NCBI RefSeq assembly: GCF_001447785.1
Contig: NW_015164195.1
Span: 716,603-780,602, forward strand
Direction: 5' to 3'
DNA: 64,000 nt
Source of the DNA: Gekko japonicus
Taxonomy: Eukaryota
Positions 52,483 to 63,135 of the stretch are shown here, one piece after another. A model generated the notes under the pieces. It searched no databases and had not been told where the DNA came from. It saw only the letters and a list, made by a program, of their open reading frames with translations. The position numbers and the translations under genes are program-made. The stretch's first letter is position 1. Every line of letters begins with the position of its first letter.

Positions 52483-52795
52483 CAGGGGTCTTGTTGTAGA
52501 AAAAGAGCTGCCGGAGCTCATTAGCATAACTCATTAGCATAACTTATTTGCATATGCCACGCCCCCTGCCATCACCGGAAGTGACAGAAGGCCACACCCC
52601 CTGACATCACCGGAAGTGTGTCAGAAGGCCCGGCTACTTACCCTCCTGCTTCATCCTCATTCCCAAACGGAATGAGGATCGAAGCAGAGGGTGGGGTAAA
52701 GAAGGGGGCGGGGCTTCACCACGTGACCGCCCCGCCCCCTAGAGGTTCTCTTCCGGAGCTCCGTACCTGAGAGCTCCCCCCCGACTAGAGCCCTG
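52483..52795. mobile_element. hAT MITE, CpG-rich
   Basis: Termini caggggtct / agagccctg; perfect 8-bp TSD agtatgat. Confidence 0.9.
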
Positions 52796-52913
52796 AGTAT
52801 GATCAACCATACTATGGGGAAAGCAAATACTCCAGGGCCTATTAGTCAATCAGAACCATGGGTAAAATTCCTTCCTGGCTCTGTTAACTAGCAACTGTAA
52901 TCATACCAACAAC

Positions 52914-53119
52914 CAGTGTTCCCTCTAAGCTGAGTTAGTGTGAGCTAGCTCACAGTTTTTTAGCCTCTGGCTCACACATTTTTGTCTTAGCTCAGGAAGG
53001 ATGGCTCCAGAGCAAACTAATTTATGCAGTAGCCTAATTGCTCACTCACAACTTTGATGCCAGTAGTTCACAAAGTAGAATTTTTGCTCATAAGACCCCG
53101 CAGTTTAGAGGGAACATTG
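52914..53119. mobile_element. hAT MITE (CAGTGTTCCCTCTAA TIR)
   Basis: TIRs present; perfect 8-bp TSD ccaacaac (52906-52913, 53120-53127). Confidence 0.93.
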
Positions 53120-53530
53120 CCAACAACAGAAATAAACATTTGAAAGCATGGAGTGGGAGCATGGGTTTTTGCTAGCAGAGTGTTCCAAGTTCTCAGCCTC
53201 TTTAAAACATGAACTGTGGACCAGATTGGAATCTGCAGCCCTCAGGTCTGCTGACCCTACCCTTTCTCATCAAAGTGTCTGGCCAGTGGCAGTGGAGCTT
53301 CAGAAAGTGGTCTGAGATCCACCTGGCTGAGAGCCAGTGCTGGGTGCAATTGCCAGAGTCGCCATGTCCCCCCTTCCTTCACTCAGGAACAAATAGTGCT
53401 TCAGCTTGGCTGGGAGCTAGACTTTTCTCATCCATGGGTCAATATGCTTCTTTCCATCTAGACAAAGTCAGTTGCAATTCTGTATTTTATTTATGGTTTT
53501 TCTGACTTGTCCCCAGCTCTTGTGATCTGA

Positions 53531-54100
53531 GGCTGTGGTCACACGATCATTTTGATCAGGTTTCACTGCTGTTCCCTCTCACATTTAAAATTGCTGATCA
53601 GACGCCCAAATCCGTCTCCCACACCAAAGTGGGCTCACTCGCACGACCCTCCTGGTTCCCTAGCAAGTTTTCCGACACCGGGAAAATCAAGTACTTTCTG
53701 GGTATTTGTGCTTTGAATCTGTGATTTTGCTGATCTGGACAGCCATCTCTCACAATGATTGCAATTGCATCTGACCGTCCTTTGCACTATGGGTTCCCCC
53801 CCCAGCGGGGGCTCATGATCAATCCTGCACTGAAAAAATTCAATGTTTAAACGTTCAAGTGCACATATAGACTCCAGTGCTTGGTAGTACGTCACCTCAC
53901 CGGTTCATGTTGTTCACTGTTCAGGGGGGGAGGGCTGTAAAAACAAGGGAGTACGGCGAGTCCAAGTGGAGGTATTGATTCAGCTGTGTGCATATGCACA
54001 TGTGCAAAGCAAATTTTAAAAAAACTTGCACTGCACCACCCAAGCAGTGGCGCAACTATCTAGACAGTGCCCAGAGCCTTGTTGTGCAATGCTTGCAGTT
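53531..54100. mobile_element. Harbinger-type non-autonomous element, left end only; right end not located
   Basis: Terminus ggctgtggtcacacgatcattttgatcaggt matches the 62192 TIR at 27 of 31 positions. Confidence 0.55.
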
Positions 54101-54188
54101 CAGGGAGGGATGTGTGAGTTTAGTGCCTCTTATGGTCCAGTCCTGCCTTTCATAAAGCAAATGGAAATCCAGTCAAAAACCTGAATGG

Positions 54189-55106
54189 ATCTGCCCCACC
54201 TAGAAGAATAGGAAAATAAACTAGCTGAATAGGTAGTAATGGCAAAATTGAGAACTTATCTGTAAAACAGATCAATCACAAAATCTGAGGAGAGATGGAA
54301 TGTGCATTGTGCAAGCAAGAGACAAATTTAGAATGAGAAGTACCGGTAGTTCAAAAAATTTGTACACAAATATATTGAAATGTAGAAGCAGAACAAGAAT
54401 AAGTTTTAAATGTAACATCTTGAATATAAATGTATAAAGAAGTATATCCAGAGCAGAAATATCCTCTACTTTCTTATTATGAGATATATAACAGATTTTC
54501 TTTCTGTACTCTGATATGTTACTTATTATTAAAAATTACACTGAGTAAGTAGAGGTGGCAAAAATATATAATGCCGAATATGTAGTAAAGATGAAATCAA
54601 TAATGTAAATGTAAAACAGATTAGTTATGAAATTTGAAATCCAAAATGTTGACTATAAACATACCCCAACAGACATAAGAATTATTGTATTTCATAGATA
54701 TGGTTTTAAATATTATAATGAAGGGGGTGTTGGGGACAAATGCTTTTTGTTTCATACACCCTGAGTTACATAGTTATTTTTACATACATAATTGTGGTAT
54801 GGAGTCCCTTTTTCATTTCTGTATCCCTTTCACATCTTTACTTTAGAAAAGAGCAAGAGTCCAGTAGCACCTTGAAGACTAACAAAATATGTGGCAGGGC
54901 ATGAGCTTTTGTCAGTCACTGCTCACTTCTGTATCTAAAGAAGTAAAAAGTGACTTACGAAAACTCATACCCCTGCCACATATTTTGTTAGTCTTCAAGG
55001 TGCTACTGGACTCTTGCTCTTTTCCACTGCTACAGACAGACTAACATGGCTACCCATCCACATTATTACTTTGTTTTCTAATATATATATATATGTATAT
55101 ATAAAT
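54189..55106 (+). mobile_element. L1 3' fragment (ORF2 end plus AT-rich UTR)
   Basis: gaataggaaaataaactagctgaatag...atggcaaaattg resembles the L1 end at about 19735-19775. 9-bp TSD cctgaatgg (54180-54188, 55107-55115). Confidence 0.75.
54845..55058. mobile_element. Penelope-like hairpin remnant nested in the L1 tail
   Basis: Perfect 54-bp inverted arms 54846-54899 / 54971-55024. Imperfect 14-bp TSD cacatctttacttt / cacattattacttt. Confidence 0.85.
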
Positions 55107-55143
55107 CCTGAATGGTTTTCTTTCTTTCCTCTGTCCTTGTTAG

Positions 55144-55562
55144 CTGTACAATGGAACAATCAAAAGAGACACAGAGAATAGACGCTACAGCTCCTACAGC
55201 CAAATGGACGGCTGGGGTGGCAGGCACTACAACAAGATCTGCAGCCCTACCAGTCCTGGCAGTGATTACTGCTTTGTGAATATGAAGAGCAGCCGAAGTG
55301 AGCCAGACCTCTACTGTGAGGCTCCACGAAGCACACTAAGGAGAAACCAAAGTGGTAGCCGGGTAGGGCACAAGGCCACTCTGAATCGTCACAGCATCTA
55401 CAGCAGCTGCAACAATCAAGGCACTATAACCACAGCTAGGACAAGCAAAAGAATCCCAGTGCGTAGTCCCTCCTGTACTTCTGCTAACAAGCAAGATGTG
55501 GTCTATGCCCAGCCTGTAGCAAGCAGCAAGCAAGATGCGATCTATGCACACTCCAACTCTAA
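55144..55562 (+). CDS. PKP1: Plakophilin-1 coding exon 3
   Basis: Long polypyrimidine tract plus ttag|, donor AA|GTAAGT, 419 nt (phase 0 to 2). Encodes LYNGTIKRDTENRRYSSYSQMDGW...KSSRSEPDLYC...PVRSPSC...KQD..., matching PKP1 IYNGTLKREPDNRRFSSYSQMENW...SRSEPDLYC. Confidence 0.96.
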
Positions 55563-56417
55563 GTAAGTTCTTGTGCATGCCTTTTCTACTTAGCCCATAT
55601 AGACTTTTTCTGTAGAAAATTTGAGTGTATTATGCATATGATAAAAAACTGTCGAAGGATCCAAAGTCTTGCTGAGTTTATGAGCACTTTGGGAATGGAG
55701 AGTGGGCATCACACAAAATAGTGTCCATGTAGGGCAATCACAAAATGTCTTCCATGGGGGACTGGGGCTAATCACAAAATGTTGGGATGTTGCAAATCAA
55801 ACTGCTTCCTGTAGTGGAGGCACTGTTTCTGAAAGGGTGCTGCCTGTGTACACAAAGAGAATGCCTCCTGAAGTCTTCAGAACCACTTCCTACTCCAAAA
55901 AGGTGGAGAATTGTCAGGACTGGCCCTTTGCTTTGTGAAAAAAAGTGTTTTGTCAAAGAAGCAAACAGCAGAAGAAAACCCATGAATGTGGGGGAATCTG
56001 GCAACCCTAGTAAGTGTCAAGATACTCGTGGGGTCTATGCAAGTAGTAGTGAGCACTGCTCTATAGGTTGCTTTACTGGACTTTTATCATCCTGCAGGAA
56101 AAAAAATACTCTGTCTGCAGACGATTCCATGTGCAGTATTTCAGGAAAATTATGGAACATCCCTGCTTTTGGAGGAGTTTGCCTCAGTTAAGAGCTGTTT
56201 GGGTTCTCATTTGGATGGTAGGAATCCTATCATGATGGACAGAACCTGACATCCATACTTTTCAGCATAGCAGTGTGTGTAAGCAGTGGGGTTTTTTTAC
56301 TGCTGGCAGTGAAATATTCAGCATCAAGTTCACATGCTCAGCAACTACTCCCCAATTTCATTTTTCTCAAGCAAACATTATGTGTAATCTAAAGGATTAA
56401 ACTGGATTTTAAAAAGA

Positions 56418-56564
56418 TTACTGATTACATGCTAAAGTAAAATAGCTTCATTGGAAAATGTCTACCTGCTTCAGTGTGAGATTTTAAGGTTACTGATTAC
56501 ATGCTAAAGTAAAATATCTTCATTGGAAAATCACTGTCTACCTGCTTCAGTGTGAGATTTTAAG
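56418..56564. repeat. Tandem duplication, unit about 72 bp
   Basis: ttactgattacatgctaaagtaaaata...cttcagtgtgagattttaag occurs twice. Confidence 0.92.
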
Positions 56565-57701
56565 TCAGCATGTGCCATCGGACCCAGGAGAATTGCTTGC
56601 ACTGTGGATCATAGTATTATCATTTTCTATCATTAGAGATCCAGTTTGCCTTTTAAAGAACAACTTTAGGTAATGAAGATTCACCTCAAAAACAAGTGTT
56701 GTGTGGGAAACACTCTCCTTTGCCAAGCATCTCTTGGTTTGGGAGTGGCTCCCTTCATAGCACCCATCTTGTTAGGGGTGTGGTTCACTTGTGGAACTGG
56801 TTCTGATTTGGGAGTTGTCTGTCTTGAAGCAGTGGGCCTGGCTGGTGAGTCTTCCTTCCAGTTGAACTAGTTCTGGTTTGAGGAGGTGTCTCATTTCTAG
56901 AACTAAGTTTCTTTGTACTGTTCTGCACCCTTGTAGAAATTGATCTTCTTGGTAAAAAGCCGTTCTAGATAATGAATATATTTCACCACCAGAGCCAGAC
57001 TAGGTTGAACAGATGGTGGGTAGTACTTCCTTTTTATTTTGAAAATGTCTTTTCACTAAAGCAGGGGGGTTGTCAATATGTGCCTGCCAGAGATACTGAA
57101 GTCTAATGGTTGTTTTAACCTGAAGAACCAAGACTTCTTGTCAGATTATTTTTTAAAAATAGGTGCCTTGGGTTGTAGGGGTATTTTCATAAAGCTGTCT
57201 GGGATGTAGAAGCTGTTTTCTTGGAGAAAGAACTGAAAATAGCACCACACTTCATCCAAACTAGTATTTGGATTTAATTTCTACCATCTGGTTTAAGCAG
57301 ACTATTTGGGTGGGATTACCAGAATATTCTGGAAGGTTCTGACAAGTCTCCCATTGGCTGCCTCTGGTCTGCATGAGGCTTTCCTTCTTCCATCAGCAAC
57401 CCAAAGGAATCATACTGGGAGGACAACATCAGCAGGGTAGCCTTGATCTGAACCATTCAGTTCACAGAAGATACAGAACCCTTGGATGTTGTGTTCTTCA
57501 CTGATGCTATAGTTCACATGGATCGTGTGAATGTACCATGCAAATACTGAACATTCAGAATATTACAGCAAGCTCTGATTTGTACAATGCTAATCAGATC
57601 TCATAGCCCATGCCAGTGACTCCTCCTCGGAGATAATAGGCAAGGTCTGATGTTTACAGCCACAGCCTGCCCAAAGGCCTGTAGGCACAATCAGGTACTA
57701 G

Positions 57702-57818
57702 ATAAGAACATAAGAGAAGCCAATGTTGGATCAGGCCAGTGGCCCAACCAGTCAAACACTCTGTCATACAGTGGCCAAAAATACCAGGTGCCATCAGGAG
57801 GTCCACCAGTGGGGCCAT
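57702..57818 (-). mobile_element. CR1 3' UTR fragment
   Basis: Same sequence as 16318-16440 and 43806-43920. Confidence 0.88.
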
Positions 57819-58954
57819 AGATCTATCATGACTAGGAGATCCCTGGAAGTAGGAGATTATGGGGGAAATGCAGCTGAAAAGTGAGGAATTGCAGGGAGAT
57901 TTCAACCAAATTCAGATGCGTGGATATTTCTGCAGAATTTTATTTCACTCATCGCTGGAGATAACTAATTCTGTTTTTTGCCTTGAAGTGCAAGGGTCCA
58001 ATCTAAAAAGAATAATATATCAGACTTCTTCAGAAGGACCTTGAGTAAAGGAGGTGTTTATTGGAATGTGGTCCTACTGTCAGACAGGAGCTGTTCTTTC
58101 CTTTTGGAGTTGTCTCCCATATCAGTCTTTTTATGTGTGGAGAGTTGCCACTGTTGTAGAACTAGGCTTGACTGAGGGTGTGTCTACACTAGTGCTGACT
58201 TTGCTCTACTATACAACCTTCCTGTGGGAAGGGCATCATGCTGAAGCTCCAAATCTGAAGTCAAAGAATTCAGTCATCACTGCTCTGATTATACTCCCTG
58301 CCTTCCTGTAATGGTAATGTCAGCATTTGCAATCTACCCCCCCCCCTTGCTCTTTCATATCACTTCAGCACAGGAGGAGAAGATACGCAGACATGACCTA
58401 ATACTAATAACTATGAAATAACTGTCTATGCTTTGAAGTTGCTCATTTGTTATACTGGCAGTGTGTAGAAAGCTAAGTGATTTCCTGGTTGTGGGATTTA
58501 ATGTGTAAAGGCTTGCAGAATAGAGTTCTTGTTAGAATACACCTGCCTTGTTTGGGAAAAATAATCACAGAAACGGAAACAAACAGTTGGAGTAGGATTA
58601 ATTTGTCTAAACAGCAGAAATGGTATGGGATTTTTGTTTTCTTCGGAAACAGAAACTTTTCAGTTGTTACAGTTTTGGCATTCCTTCTTTGAGTACTGGG
58701 AGAGCACCTTACAATAAGCCTCTGAATACTCACAGTTGTATGAATAGGACAACAAATATATTTTTCAGCTTCAGTGCACAGTATCAGAAAACCAGAGTTT
58801 TGAGGACTTGAAGCATTGACCCCTGGATAAGTTATCTTTTTATATAAAGTTCTAATGAATATTCATAATAATTCATGTTGTCCTAAAAAGCTATTGATTT
58901 TAGCCTTTACACAAAGAGGCTATGAAATTGAGCCTGCCTGAGTGCTAACTTTGT

Positions 58955-59403
58955 GTGTGTGAGGTGGTACTGGGATCATTAGCTGAATCTGAATGGACAG
59001 ATAATTTTGCAAAAGAGAACCATTGTAGCATAAGTGATGAAAGAAAGGAAAAGGTCTTCCATACATTGGGTTTCAGCTTCTTCATGATATCTGGTGTACA
59101 AAGAAGAACAGAAGACCCTGCAGGTGGCAGCAAGAAGCCAATTAGATAGGATAGTGAGGTCAGCACCTTCTCTCCTTTTATGTATCTTTCTTTGTCTGTC
59201 TCCAGATTGCTACTCTTAGGGCAATTCCTACTTCTTCTTGGAAGTGCCACCCTTAGTCTCTTTCTCTCTCAGCTAGTGGTGTAGTTAGGAACCTATCTCT
59301 GTCTCTCCTCTTTACTATCAAGTATATTAGTTCCTAAATAAACCTTTATCTACACTTTAATCAGGTTGTGCACCTTTGCTGTATCAATTACTCTGCCAAC
59401 ACA
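58955..59403 (+). mobile_element. Possible solo LTR
   Basis: tg...ca bounded block with a CT-rich R-like tract and aataaa at about 59338. No clear TSD. Confidence 0.35.
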
Positions 59404-59837
59404 TGACAGATGCTTTTTTCCCAAAAGTCATCAGACATGTGGTCTGTGACAAACTCATGTCAATCACTGCTAGACCAGGAACTAATAGAATCTGTGCAAG
59501 TAGCATAGACCACAGCAGTGACACAAAAGCAAAATTCTGCTTAGCATCCCTTTCATGTGGTCCTTTTCTTCCCACTTCTTACTGCATAACTAGACTTAAC
59601 TAGATGTGGAAAAAGCTGCCATCCAGACTAATCTTTGAGGAGAAGCTGGGGAACTGAATGTATTTGATATTAATTTCCTAAACAAGCAGTTTTTAAAATT
59701 TAGCAGTTCGAGGAGCCATGTTTTGATTTAATTTTTTTCACAGACTTGCAAGCCATCCCCTTTTCTCTCCCTGGCACCTGTCACACCTGGAAAGTCCCTT
59801 TTAAAAGCACACATGGAAAACCACAAATGGCCCATGG

Positions 59838-60174
59838 TAGGGTTGCCAGGTCCTCTTGTCACTCCAGTGGGAGGTTTGAGGGGCATTCCTCGATGTCCCC
59901 GGCATGTTGACATTGTGTACATATGCTCAGGTTTAAGGGCAAAACTCTATGGTAAAATCAGCTTAAAACCATAGAGTTTTGCCCTTAAACCAGAGCATCC
60001 CCATGTGATGTCACCAGCACGATGAAGTCACTTCCGTGTGACATCATCATGTTGGGGAAGTCACATAGGGATGTGGCCATTTGGGATTGGGGTTTTCCCC
60101 ACCAGCCAGCTGGCCGGCAGTGGGGAGAAGCCCTGAAAACTGGGGGAACCCTCACCTGGGGACTGACAAGCCTA
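59838..60174. mobile_element. hAT MITE (TAGGGTTGCCA TIR)
   Basis: Perfect 8-bp TSD gcccatgg; same TIR type as 31681. Confidence 0.9.
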
Positions 60175-60285
60175 GCCCATGGAGACGTTTGTCTTTAAAA
60201 CAGTACAATGGAACCCTGATCACCATAGAATCAGGTTTAAGCAAAATGCATTGTCGATACAAGACTTATACCATCCGGTCTCAGA

Positions 60286-60327
60286 GGTATCTGAAGAAGT
60301 GAGCAGTGACTCATGAAAGCTCATGCC
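60286..60327 (+). ncRNA. Minimal hammerhead ribozyme-like motif
   Basis: ggtat-CTGAAGA-a-gtgag(cagtga)ctcat-GAAAGCTC-atgcc: helix I, core, helix II, and palindromic AGCT in place of helix III. Confidence 0.6.
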
Positions 60328-60414
60328 CTGCCACAAATTTTGTTAGTATTTAAGGTGCTTCTGGACTCTTACTCTTTTATACTCCTACAGACTAACACGG
60401 CTACCCATCATATT
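60288..60414 (+). mobile_element. Penelope-like terminal remnant carrying a hammerhead-like core
   Basis: 11-bp TSD ggtctcagagg (60277-60287, 60415-60425); sequence homologous to 54930-55055. Confidence 0.85.
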
Positions 60415-60779
60415 GGTCTCAGAGGACAGCTGATTCAGTAGGCCCACAGTTCAGCAGGGATGTGGCCATTTGGGATTGGGGTTTTCCCCACCAGTCTTTG
60501 CACTGAAGACTGAAATAAAGTTCCTTATTGGTTCATAACTGTCAGCCAGAGGCCAGCTGGGCAGGGCTGGAAGGGGCTTAGAAGTACTGTCTTAAACAAC
60601 AGTTTCACCTAGCTACTATCCCCATCATAAAGGTCTAGAATGATTTCCTTGTCATTACAATTGGATGTAACTGAAGACTGGCCTTTTCTAATAATTTGGG
60701 TTCACATATGGACATGAAGTTAAGTGAACTTAAGAGCTGCTTTCCCCATATAAGCCTAACTGGACACTCAGAACATCTG

Positions 60780-61110
60780 CAGAAGCTCTCCTTTGTATAC
60801 CTCCAGCATCCAAGGTAATGTGGATGATAGGCAGAAGAGGGCTTTCTTCATAGCAACTCTCTGCTTGTGGAATTCTTTGCCAGGGGAAGATGCCCTTTAA
60901 CCCCATCACTGGTAGCTTTCTGTGCTTCTTTTGAAAGGGTTTTGGTTGTGATTTACTGCTAAGGTGGCTTAGCTATTTCTGGCTGGTTTCTGGTTTCTTT
61001 TCCTCATGAGTGGATAGTTTGTTGCATCGTTTATTGTAATTTGTTGTGGGGGATCCTATGTGGATCTTTGCAGATGGAAGGGTAGAACAACAATATTGTA
61101 AAAAAATAAA
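60780..61110 (+). mobile_element. Old L2-type 3' tail
   Basis: agaagagggctttc...ttgtggaattctttgcc... ending in aaaataaa. Confidence 0.6.
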
Positions 61111-61272
61111 ATTTGTTTGTGTGAAAAGTTCATGTGGATAACATGACAAATACTTCCTGTAACTAAAAGGTGCTGTTCAAGAGTTTACAAAAAATACCAC
61201 GTAATGATTGCAGACTAATACGTTTTAATTGGACTGTGCCTTGCAACCAGAACGATTGTCTCCCCTCTCTCT

Positions 61273-62192
61273 GGCTGCAGTCAGACATGCTCTTTGATCT
61301 GATATTGTTGCTGTTGCCTGGTGGATTTAAAATGCATGTTCAGGCAGCAACATCTGTGAATGGTTCCCCAGTCATTGGCGCCCCGTTCTGCCCTCCCTTT
61401 GAATCAAAATTACTAGGCACTGTGAAAAGTCCGGTCCTTACTCTGAATGTTCCCCTTCCGGCTTGTTGCCATTTTTTTAGGCAGGTAGTGATGTATGCAT
61501 AAGCGGATCTTCATGCTAGGGTTTTGAAATACCACTTGTGCATTTATTTTTTACAGATATTTTACAGACATCGCTCTCGCAGGAGCTTCACAAAACTATG
61601 TTTTCCTTTTCAAAACTTCCAAAGAAAGACCCATGTGTGTTTCAGCATTTTTCTGCCTACAGCTTTGTGGCTAGGGAAGGGGTTAATTGAAAAGATCACT
61701 TTTTTCAAAGAGGGAAGGAGCCAGTCTGAGTATGATGGCCATGACTCCAGCTTCGCTCCAAGCTTTTAAATAAAAACACCAGCACACAGGACACAAGGGC
61801 TTCTCTTTTATTCTTTCCCCATGGCTTTGAAATGTTTGAAAGGTTGGATTTTTCCAAAGGAACAGTTTCAAAAACATTTTCCTCATGCTGGACTACATAT
61901 CCCAGCAGCCTCCTCCAGCAATCCCGTTGGCCACCAGTTGCCACCATTCTGCCAGGAATTTGAAGTACTGCTTCCCATAAGCACTTATGCACATGCTCAA
62001 TAGACAAATGGTTTTTAAAAGCTACCCGATCACCCCAGTCCATGGCTGCTGCATCTGTTCAATCAACCATGGGGTGAAAGTGCATTGAAGAAGATTAAGG
62101 GGGGAGATCTGATCAGAACTCTCTGTACAAAAAAGAGAGGATCCATTAGAAGAGGGACCACACCTGATCAAACTGCTCATCTGACCACAGCC
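61273..62192. mobile_element. Harbinger-type non-autonomous element
   Basis: Imperfect TIRs ggctgcagtcagac...tttgatc / gatcaaa...tctgaccacagcc; 3-bp TSD tct on both sides. Confidence 0.7.
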
Positions 62193-62944
62193 TCTGTCTT
62201 TTCACTTCCCCAATAAGTGTTTGCCTAGTTCAGCCATAGCCCCTAAATTTTAGATTGATTAGGGTATAACAAAGAAGTGCAGCTCAGAAACAGTGATATG
62301 GAGTAACTTGATGAACAGACATGCAGCCCCAGGTAATCAAAACTACCTAGAGTATGACAGACCAGACTTCTTCCAGTCCCCCACATTCTATCAACCAAAC
62401 TAGTCACTGAAGGTTTGGTCTTCTTTTAGATCAAGGCAAGCATAGGCTATTCTGGGAAGTTTTCATGGCCTAGGGGGTGTATAATGTTTGCTCAGCAAAC
62501 ATTTGACAGGAAGCAGGCAGGACAGGGGATTCCAGTTTCCTCTGCTTTCCCATGTGTCCCACCCACCAAAGCTAGCTACTACTCTCTGCCTATGTGATCT
62601 GAGAGTGATTCACTGAGCTGACTCCTTTTGTGTTATGCATGAGTGAATGTTTGGCTGAACAGAGAGGGTCAGGGTGCATGAAAAAGAGACACCCTCTATG
62701 AAATGTCAGGGGTCTCCATGTATACTTGGAGGAATGCTACTTTGATGCAGGAATTCTTCTCAGCTTGTAGAACTAGATTTGTTTTGTACAGGTGCTTTAT
62801 GTGAAATTTGTTAAGCATATTCAGTTGTTCTGCTAATAAAACTAGGATTAATTTGAGACTTCCCCACCCTTCAAAGAACATATTCACCCCTAGCAAAGCA
62901 GGTTCTGGTTAGTTATGAGTAATGGACGAGGTTATGAGTAATGA

Positions 62945-63135
62945 GAGCCAGGGTGATATAATGATGGGTAGAGTACTGCACCAGGATCTTGGCGACTCAG
63001 GTTCTGATCCCGACAGTGGCATCAGACCTGGGCCAGTTGCATGGTCTCATCCTAACTTACTACACATGGTTGTTGTGAGAACAAAGCCATGTATTCTGCC
63101 CTAAGCTCCTTAGAGGAAAAACCAGGTGAAAATGT
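62945..63135 (+). mobile_element. Degenerate CORE-type SINE
   Basis: gagagccagggtg...caggttctgatccc...gacctgggccag...gttgttgtgag. Confidence 0.55.

Noticed and set aside
53531-62192. Matching inverted termini at 53531 and 62192, suggesting an 8.7-kb transposon that captured PKP1 exon 3
   Set aside because: The 62192 end has its own partner TIR at 61273 with a matching tct TSD, and the flanks of the large pairing (tga / tct) differ. These are two separate elements of related families.
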